The position numbers were made by a program, and so were the translations under genes. Below are positions 1 through 7,597 of a DNA stretch of 14,696 nt, one piece after another. The first letter of the stretch is position 1, and the number at the start of each line of letters is the position of its first letter. Source of the DNA: Candidatus Ratteibacteria bacterium (GTDB taxonomy: Bacteria; Ratteibacteria; UBA8468; B48-G9; DTJG01); NCBI GenBank assembly GCA_049971295.1, contig JBMFLH010000050.1, forward strand, positions 1 to 14,696, given 5' to 3'. The notes under the pieces are model-generated. The model was not told the DNA's origin and did not search any database. It saw only the letters and a list, made by a program, of their open reading frames with translations.

Positions 1-117
1 ACATGATAAACTATTTTACAATAAGAAATTTAGTGGCTAAAATAGAACATAACCCCTCTTAATATCTCGACGTCTTGGCACTCATTCTCCTTTCAATTGT
101 TTTACAGTATCTTCAAT

Positions 118-126
118 ATTGTAACA
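118..126 (-). promoter_or_regulatory. Putative extended -10 promoter element (TGtTACAAT) inside an AT-rich inverted repeat
   Basis: The minus strand reads TG-t-TACAAT, with no -35 match at 17 bp. It lies ~25 nt upstream of an AAAGGAG Shine-Dalgarno at 87-93. Confidence 0.3.
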
Positions 127-127
127 A

Positions 128-394
128 TTAAATATCAACAGTTTGCTCCCCCTTGAGAAGGGCAGTCAGCTGCGACCATTTCGCTGCGATCAATCTGTAT
201 ATGCCCGCGTATTTTTTCTTCATTTCATCAACGGGAATATCTTCTGAACCCGTTTCTGTGGTTCTTCTGAAACAGAAACCCAGCATATCATTGAACACAA
301 ACCACTTTTCCGAATCCACAACCATGCATAATCCCGGATGATTTACACCATCCCTTCCCTTGACAACTGCAAGCATAAATCTTACATTTGCCAT
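128..394 (-). CDS. Hypothetical protein, 88 aa, no family recognised
   Basis: ATG is preceded by a perfect AGGAGG that overlaps the TAG stop of the upstream amidohydrolase (..aaaTAGGAGGtgctATG). It has the same orientation as the operon. Confidence 0.8.
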   Translation of the reverse strand: MANVRFMLAVVKGRDGVNHPGLCMVVDSEKWFVFNDMLGFCFRRTTETGSEDIPVDEMKKKYAGIYRLIAAKWSQLTALLKGEQTVDI

Positions 395-402
395 AGCACC
401 TC

Positions 403-1563
403 CTATTTACGGCCAATATTCCAGATAATTGTTGCCATTGCCTCAACACCGATAGCAAGGCAACGTTCATCAAGGTTAAATTTGCTGCTGTGATGAAAAA
501 ATGGACTTTTTCCACAGCCCACATTAATGTAGCAAGATGGTATCTTCTGGCTATAAAAAGAAAAGTCCTCGCTGCCCATAGTGGGTTTTTCATCTGTTTT
601 TACTGCCTGCTTTCCAAATCGGCTCTGCAATATTTCAATAATCTTTTCACTGAGTTCTGGGTTATTGTATGTTGTAGGCACAAAATCTTCATACTTAATT
701 TCTGTTTTTACTCCAGTCCCTTTTTCCAGTCCTTTCAACATCCTTTTCATACTCTTTTCCACCATCATATTCTGTTTCTGATCATAAGTCCTTACAGTAC
801 CAAGGAGTTCAACCTGATCAGGAATAATATTGAATGCGTCTCCACCAGAAATTTTTCCTACCGACACAACAAGTGGATTTTGTGGATCTGATTGCCTGCT
901 TACAATCGTCTGCAATTGAGTAATAAAAAATGCTGAAGCAACAACAGGGTCAATTGTCTTATGAGGACTTGAACCATGCCCGCCCCTGCCTTTGATGACT
1001 ATGGTGAATCTGTCTGCTGAAGCCATAACAGGTCCCTTGTTTACTGAAAACTCTCCTGTATTAAGCCCTGCCCAGACATGAAATCCGATTAAATACTTCA
1101 TCTGGTCAAGAGCGCCATCTTTAATCATCCTTGGTGCGCCGCATGGAATAGATTCTTCTGCTGGCTGGAACAAAAATCTTATAGAAAACGGCAACTCCTT
1201 CAAACCGGAAAAAATCTTTGCGACGCCAAGAACAATCGCCATATGAGCATCGTGTCCGCACGCATGCATAATCCCAGGATACACTGAAGAAAACTCAAGT
1301 CCTGTTTCTTCTGTTACAGGCAGACCATCCATATCACATCTCAATCCAATTACTTTTTTGTTCTTGCCCGAAATTTCAGCAATGACCCCTGTGCCAGCAG
1401 CTACTCGATGAGGTATTCCCATTTTTCCCAGAAGATTCTGGATAAACTGTGATGTTTGAACTTCCTTGTTTGAAAGTTCGGGATACTGGTGAAAATGTCT
1501 TCTCCAGGCAATAACATCCTTTTCTGTTAATGCTGCCAGTTTATGGAAATCGATTTCAGCCAT
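403..1563 (-). CDS. M20D family amidohydrolase (hippurate hydrolase / N-acyl-amino acid amidohydrolase-like)
   Basis: Motifs WRRHFHQYPELS, LRCDMDGLP, MHACGHDAH, FQPAEE, GRGGHGS.PH, MGSEDFS and HHSSKF. Confidence 0.95.
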   Translation of the reverse strand: MAEIDFHKLAALTEKDVIAWRRHFHQYPELSNKEVQTSQFIQNLLGKMGIPHRVAAGTGVIAEISGKNKKVIGLRCDMDGLPVTEETGLEFSSVYPGIMHACGHDAHMAIVLGVAKIFSGLKELPFSIRFLFQPAEESIPCGAPRMIKDGALDQMKYLIGFHVWAGLNTGEFSVNKGPVMASADRFTIVIKGRGGHGSSPHKTIDPVVASAFFITQLQTIVSRQSDPQNPLVVSVGKISGGDAFNIIPDQVELLGTVRTYDQKQNMMVEKSMKRMLKGLEKGTGVKTEIKYEDFVPTTYNNPELSEKIIEILQSRFGKQAVKTDEKPTMGSEDFSFYSQKIPSCYINVGCGKSPFFHHSSKFNLDERCLAIGVEAMATIIWNIGRK

Positions 1564-1571
1564 AGTGATTT

Positions 1572-3123
<1,552 letters not shown>

Positions 3124-3135
3124 GATTTGTTATAC

Positions 3136-3164
3136 AGTATAAAAAAATGAAGTGATTCTGTCAA
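3136..3164 (-). promoter_or_regulatory. Sigma70-type promoter for the ftsB-serS-amidohydrolase unit
   Basis: TTGACA (3164-3159), 17-bp spacer, TATACT (3141-3136). The -35 overlaps the TGA stop of the FkbM gene. Confidence 0.75.
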
Positions 3165-3898
3165 ATCTCTGGATGCATCGCAAAAACCTCTTCTTTTTTC
3201 AATGAAAGGAGATTTCTGTGAATAAAAGAATAGACATAACCCCTGGGGTCAATATACACGATTTTGTATCCTGCCTTCTTTAACTGCCTCAACGAAGTTT
3301 TTGTCTTTGAAATACCAATTTCTGGAAATCTGTGATGAAATTCAACAATGACTTGACCGGGTCTTATGTCAGATTCTTCCATGTCTGCAATCACGGCATA
3401 TTCTCCACCTTCTATATCAAGTTTCAATAGATCAATGTTCACATGTCCAAGTTCTTTCATAATGGTTGCCAGCTTCATAACAGGAACTTCAAATGGTTCA
3501 AAAGATGTTTTACGGCATAGAGAAAACGATGTGCTATCAGGGTTTTCTGGTGGATACATCAATATTTCCCCATCATGGTCAGATATTCCGTATGGGAAAA
3601 ATTTGAATTCCAGTGGAAGACTGTACTTTTCGATCCATGCGATGCTCACTGGCGATGGGTCAAAGCCAAAAACATGTGCTCCAAAATTTTTTATTATTTC
3701 TAAATCAAAACTGATGTCGTCACCGATACCTGCTGAATAAATGATACTGCGAGATGAAAGAAAATTAGGGCAAAAGACATACTTTTCCTTGCCTGCTGTC
3801 ATGGTTTCAATTTTCACCTGCCTCCATGTCCACACATCTTTTCCGCACAACTGTTTTATGACTCTTTCTGCCCTTCTCCTTACATCAGAAATCGTCAT
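3161..3898 (-). CDS. FkbM / Methyltransf_22-like SAM-dependent methyltransferase
   Basis: Motifs IYSAGIGDDISFD, VFGFDPSP, IDLLKLDIEGGEY and QVIVEFHH. Start overlaps the upstream stop (TAATG). Confidence 0.88.
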   Translation of the reverse strand: MTISDVRRRAERVIKQLCGKDVWTWRQVKIETMTAGKEKYVFCPNFLSSRSIIYSAGIGDDISFDLEIIKNFGAHVFGFDPSPVSIAWIEKYSLPLEFKFFPYGISDHDGEILMYPPENPDSTSFSLCRKTSFEPFEVPVMKLATIMKELGHVNIDLLKLDIEGGEYAVIADMEESDIRPGQVIVEFHHRFPEIGISKTKTSLRQLKKAGYKIVYIDPRGYVYSFIHRNLLSLKKEEVFAMHPEI

Positions 3899-4464
3899 TA
3901 TTTATAACCCTCTGAAGAAACATGTTCTACAAACCACTTCCCGGTAAGGTTCAATATCTGGCTCTTCATCTGAAGGTTCTGTCTTCTGCAGGGAATCATA
4001 TCCACCACAACAAAACCGCACCCAGCCAGTATTCTTTCAAGGAAAAAACAGCACATCACTGCACCGCCTCCGCCACCACCAGCCACGCATATGCCAATAG
4101 CAGGCTTCCCCTCTATACCTGTCTTTCCTGCCTGATGCCGTGTGATTCTTCTCAACCTATCGAGAAAACTTTTCATGCTCTCTGAAATGTCGCTGAAGTA
4201 CACAGGTGTCGCAAAAACAATAGCATCTGTCTGTCTAATTTTTTCAACTATGGACTGAAAATCATCCTCAATGACGCAGATTCCCTCTGTTCTGCACCTG
4301 CCCCATCCATTGAAATCACACTGTCGGCAGTTTTCAATTTTCATGTGGGTTAAAAGAATTTTTTCACATTCATTGTTCTGTTTTATGGCTTCAAGAAAAG
4401 AATTTACGCATAGACTTGTTTTTCCTTCCGGATTTTTACTTCCAGCAATCGCAAGTATTTTCAT
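3898..4464 (-). CDS. Flavodoxin family / NADPH-dependent FMN reductase, iron-sulfur flavoprotein (Isf)-like
   Basis: Motifs MKILAIAGS..PEGKT, the Cys cluster CRQC..C..C, IVFATPVYF and MKSFLDR. The real start is likely ATG 4464 (AGGAGG at 4470-4475, 5-nt spacer) rather than TTG 4515. Confidence 0.9.
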   Translation of the reverse strand: MKILAIAGSKNPEGKTSLCVNSFLEAIKQNNECEKILLTHMKIENCRQCDFNGWGRCRTEGICVIEDDFQSIVEKIRQTDAIVFATPVYFSDISESMKSFLDRLRRITRHQAGKTGIEGKPAIGICVAGGGGGGAVMCCFFLERILAGCGFVVVDMIPCRRQNLQMKSQILNLTGKWFVEHVSSEGYK

Positions 4465-4582
4465 AGTCGCCTCCTGTGATTGAATATGTTTCTTCCTCTG
4501 CTCTTTCCTTTTCAAATTCTTTCTTGTTTTCTTTCCTTGCGAGAAAATTAAGGTAAATGGTGCTATACTTGTTTCCTGTCTT

Positions 4583-4612
4583 ATTATATTACACTTTCCA
4601 TAACACCAGCAA
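4583..4612 (-). promoter_or_regulatory. Sigma70-type promoter for the flavoprotein-FkbM unit
   Basis: TTGCTG (4612-4607), 18-bp spacer, TATAAT (4588-4583). Confidence 0.55.
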
Positions 4613-4618
4613 GACCTC

Positions 4619-4647
4619 TTGACTTTTTATTAAAATCATGAGAAACT
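4619..4647 (+). promoter_or_regulatory. Putative promoter for tRNA-Phe-secA-dnaA
   Basis: TTGACT (4619-4624), 17-bp spacer with TG at the extended position, then GAAACT (4642-4647). The -10 is weak. Confidence 0.35.
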
Positions 4648-4683
4648 GAATTTGTGTAAATTTATCAATTCTCGTCCACAAAA

Positions 4684-4755
4684 GCCGGGGTAGCTCAGTG
4701 GTAGAGCGCAGCCCTGAAAAGGCTGGCGTGGGCAGTTCGATTCTGCCCCCCGGCA
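4684..4755 (+). tRNA. tRNA-Phe(GAA), 3' CCA not encoded
   Basis: Acceptor GCCGGGG/CCCCGGC plus A73, D arm GCTC/GAGC, anticodon arm CAGCC-CT-GAA-AA-GGCTG, T arm GGCAG-TTCGATT-CTGCC. Followed by TAC, not CCA. Confidence 0.97.
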
Positions 4756-4766
4756 TACAAGATGGT

Positions 4767-4775
4767 TGTTACAAT
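4767..4775 (+). promoter_or_regulatory. Putative internal extended -10 promoter (TGtTACAAT) upstream of secA
   Basis: TG-t-TACAAT with no -35. The same 10-mer TTGTTACAAT occurs on the minus strand in the intergenic region at 118-127. Confidence 0.35.
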
Positions 4776-4833
4776 GGATTATTATCAGAATTTCCTGAAA
4801 CGGTTGACCGTTCTTAATCCCGGGACCAGATTA

Positions 4834-7548
4834 TTGATCAACAGGATTTTCAACAGAAATAAAGTTCAATTCATGAATGAACTTGTTGAAATCCTGAAAA
4901 AGGTCAATTCCCTTGAAACAGAAATGCAGAGTTATTCTTTGGAACAGCTGCGAGCAAAGACCGGCTATTTCAAAGAAAGAATTTCAAAAGGCGAGCCCCT
5001 GGATTCAATTCTTCCAGAAGCATTTGCGGTTGTCAGAGAAACTGCAAAGCGCGTCATCAATATGCGTCATTTTGACTGCCAGATTGTTGGTGGTGTTGTT
5101 CTTCACAGGGGAAATGTTGCGGAAATGGCAACAGGCGAAGGAAAAACTCTTGTTGCAACGCTTCCTCTGTACCTGAACGCTCTGACAGGCAGGGGCTGTC
5201 ATCTTGTTACAGTAAACGATTATCTTGCGAGAAGGGATAGATTCTGGATGGGCCCTGTATTTGAAGCCCTGGGACTGACTGTTGGTCTTATCCAGCATGA
5301 TATGCAACCTCATGAGCGGAAAAAGGCGTATCAGGCAGATATCACATACGGAACCAACAACGAATTTGGCTTTGACTATCTCAGGGATAATATGGCATGG
5401 CGGTTAGAAGACCAGGTTCAAAGGCCTCTTTATTATGCCATTGTTGATGAGGTGGATAGTATATTGATTGATGAAGCAAGAACACCATTGATTATTTCAG
5501 GCCCATCCGAGGAATCAGTTTCCCTTTACTACGATATTGACAGGGTCGTGAGAAGATTGAAGAAGGGAGAGGACTACACTGTTGACGAGGAAAGTCAAAC
5601 CGCAAGCCTTACAGAATCTGGCGTCGCAAAGTGCGAAAGGTTGCTCAATGTTACAAACCTGTATGATATTTCAAACACAGAAATTGTTCACCACATCATT
5701 CAGTCCCTGAGAGCGCATAACTTTTATCACAGGGATGACCAGTACATTGTCAAGGATGGCAAGGTCATTATTGTAGACGAATTCACAGGGCGGTTGATGC
5801 CGGGAAGACGATGGTCAGATGGTTTGCATCAGGCAGTAGAAGCAAAGGAAGGTGTGCAGATAGAAAGTGAAAACCAAACCCTTGCAACAATTTCTTTTCA
5901 AAACTATTTCCGGCTGTATGAAAAAATTGCTGGTATGACAGGTACAGCTCTAACTGAGGCGATTGAACTTAAAACGATTTACAAGATGGATGTTCTTGTG
6001 ATACCCACCAATAAACCTCTCAATAGAAGAGAGTTTGATGATGAGATTTATAAAACAGAAAAGGAAAAGTTTGAATCTGTCGCTGCAGAGATAGAACAAT
6101 TATACAGAAAGGGCAGACCTGTCCTGGTTGGAACTACATCCATTGAAAAATCAGAAAGATTGAGCAGAATCCTTCAGAGAAAAAATATTCCACACCAGGT
6201 ATTAAACGCAAAATATCATGAAAAGGAAGCAGAAATCATTGCCAAGGCGGGCCAGAAATTTGCTGTAACAATTGCAACGAACATGGCAGGTAGAGGTACA
6301 GACATTGTTCTGGGCGAAGGGGTGGTGAATAAAGAATGCATCAGTCCTGAAACAGATCAGAGCAAGTGTTGCATCGCCTGTGAGGATGCCTGCGCAACCT
6401 GTTTCAAGAAAAGAAAATTCTCAGAATGCAAAACCAGCCCTGAAATTGAATGCGGGCTGCATGTAATAGGAACAGAAAGGCATGAAGCAAGAAGGATTGA
6501 TAACCAGTTAAAGGGACGCTCCGGCAGACAAGGAGACCCTGGCTCTTCAAGATTTTATCTTTCCCTTGAGGATGACCTGTTAAGAATTTTTGGTTCAGAC
6601 AGACTAAAAGGAATAATGGGACAACTTCCTGATGGAGAAAAAATCAAGCATCCCTTAATTACAAGAATGATCAACAATGCCCAGAGAAAGGTAGAAGCAA
6701 GAAACTTTGAAATACGAAAACAGCTTCTTGAATTCGACGATGTGATGAATGAACAGAGAAAGGTGATTTACGGAATAAGACAGGATATTCTTTCTGGCAG
6801 GAATATTGATAAATATCTTGATGACTACATTAGTGAAACAATAGACCTGGCTATAAACGAACACCTGAATTTACAGGTAAAACCTGACCTATGGAATGTT
6901 GGGGCCCTGGCAACTCACATCAAAAACATCTTTAATGTCTCTGTTAAGCTTGAGATTCCCGAAACCGCAAGAGACATTCTTTCCTGGAGGGAGGATATTG
7001 GCGAAGAAATTAAAAGTGCCGTAAAAATGGCTCTTGAACAGCAAAAGCAAGCGATGGGTGAGGTATTTGACGAAGTGCTACGGATTGTGTTCCTTCAGGC
7101 AATAGACCATAGATGGAAATCACACCTTCGTTCTATCGATGAACTGAGAGAAGGTATAGGTTTGAGAGCATACGGGCAGCGTGATATTATAGTTGCATAT
7201 AAACAGGAGGCCTTTTTATTATTCGAAGAAATGCTGGGTGCCATAAGACAGGAAATCCTCACCCATATATTCCGGGTAAGGGTATTAGAAGGCGTAATTG
7301 CGAAAGCACCCAAACGGGTATTTGTTCCTGCTCAGTACGCGCACCAAGAAATGAATCAGTTTGATGCAGTGAAACAGCCAGAACCTGTACAGGTGGGTCA
7401 GCAAGTATCAGGTTATCCAGGAGAATTTTCCAGTCAACCAGCGCAAAAACCTGCGCCTGTCAGGGTAGGAAAAAAGATAGGGAGAAACGATCCCTGTCCG
7501 TGTGGAAGCGGGAAAAAATATAAGAAATGTTGTGGAGCAAACAAATGA
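4834..7548 (+). CDS. secA: Preprotein translocase subunit SecA with C-terminal SEC-C motif and a Cys-rich insertion
   Basis: Motifs EMATGEGKT, VTVNDYLA, YGTNNEFGFDYLRD, IVDEVDSILIDEARTPLIISG, IATNMAGRGTDI, GTERHEARRIDNQL and RNDPCPCGSGKKYKKCC. Start is uncertain: TTG 4834 best matches the usual SecA N-terminus (LINRIF..), and in-frame ATGs exist at 4762, 4774 and 4873. Confidence 0.99.
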   Translation: MINRIFNRNKVQFMNELVEILKKVNSLETEMQSYSLEQLRAKTGYFKERISKGEPLDSILPEAFAVVRETAKRVINMRHFDCQIVGGVVLHRGNVAEMATGEGKTLVATLPLYLNALTGRGCHLVTVNDYLARRDRFWMGPVFEALGLTVGLIQHDMQPHERKKAYQADITYGTNNEFGFDYLRDNMAWRLEDQVQRPLYYAIVDEVDSILIDEARTPLIISGPSEESVSLYYDIDRVVRRLKKGEDYTVDEESQTASLTESGVAKCERLLNVTNLYDISNTEIVHHIIQSLRAHNFYHRDDQYIVKDGKVIIVDEFTGRLMPGRRWSDGLHQAVEAKEGVQIESENQTLATISFQNYFRLYEKIAGMTGTALTEAIELKTIYKMDVLVIPTNKPLNRREFDDEIYKTEKEKFESVAAEIEQLYRKGRPVLVGTTSIEKSERLSRILQRKNIPHQVLNAKYHEKEAEIIAKAGQKFAVTIATNMAGRGTDIVLGEGVVNKECISPETDQSKCCIACEDACATCFKKRKFSECKTSPEIECGLHVIGTERHEARRIDNQLKGRSGRQGDPGSSRFYLSLEDDLLRIFGSDRLKGIMGQLPDGEKIKHPLITRMINNAQRKVEARNFEIRKQLLEFDDVMNEQRKVIYGIRQDILSGRNIDKYLDDYISETIDLAINEHLNLQVKPDLWNVGALATHIKNIFNVSVKLEIPETARDILSWREDIGEEIKSAVKMALEQQKQAMGEVFDEVLRIVFLQAIDHRWKSHLRSIDELREGIGLRAYGQRDIIVAYKQEAFLLFEEMLGAIRQEILTHIFRVRVLEGVIAKAPKRVFVPAQYAHQEMNQFDAVKQPEPVQVGQQVSGYPGEFSSQPAQKPAPVRVGKKIGRNDPCPCGSGKKYKKCCGANK

Positions 7549-7597
7549 CAGAAAATTCTGTGGATAAGTTGTGGAAAATATGGGAAAATGTGTTAAA
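7531..7597 (-). promoter_or_regulatory. DnaA-box cluster inside the secA 3' end and dnaA 5' end
   Basis: TGTGGATAA 7559-7567 (perfect), TGTGGAAAA 7570-7578 (1 mismatch), TGTGGAGCA 7531-7539 and TGTGTTAAA 7589-7597 (2 mismatches each to TGTGNATAA). All have the same orientation. Confidence 0.7.

Noticed and set aside
508..516. One-mismatch DnaA box TTTTCCACA in the amidohydrolase gene
   Set aside because: It is isolated, far from the cluster, and expected by chance in AT-rich DNA.
4465..4515. N-terminal extension MKRKEQRKKHIQSQEAT of the flavoprotein (ORF-track start 4515)
   Set aside because: A perfect SD precedes ATG 4464, and the family begins at MKIL.
4684..4760. tRNA-Phe as an integration site for a prophage or island
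   Set aside because: There is no integrase and no duplicated tRNA 3' end in the window, and the tRNA is followed directly by core genes.
4756..4833. Fluoride (crcB) or SAM-I riboswitch suggested by GATGGTTGTT and TTATCAG
   Set aside because: The remaining conserved elements (the CTRATGAC pseudoknot partner, the SAM-I kink-turn and GAGGGA core) are absent.
6325..6453. SecA Cys-rich insert as an intein
   Set aside because: It is only ~40 aa and has no C-terminal His-Asn or other splicing blocks.
7527..7544. dnaA start at 7527 (and, similarly, dciA start at 10018)
   Set aside because: Both overlap conserved upstream coding sequence. The ATGA-coupled starts at 7545 and 10069 fit better.
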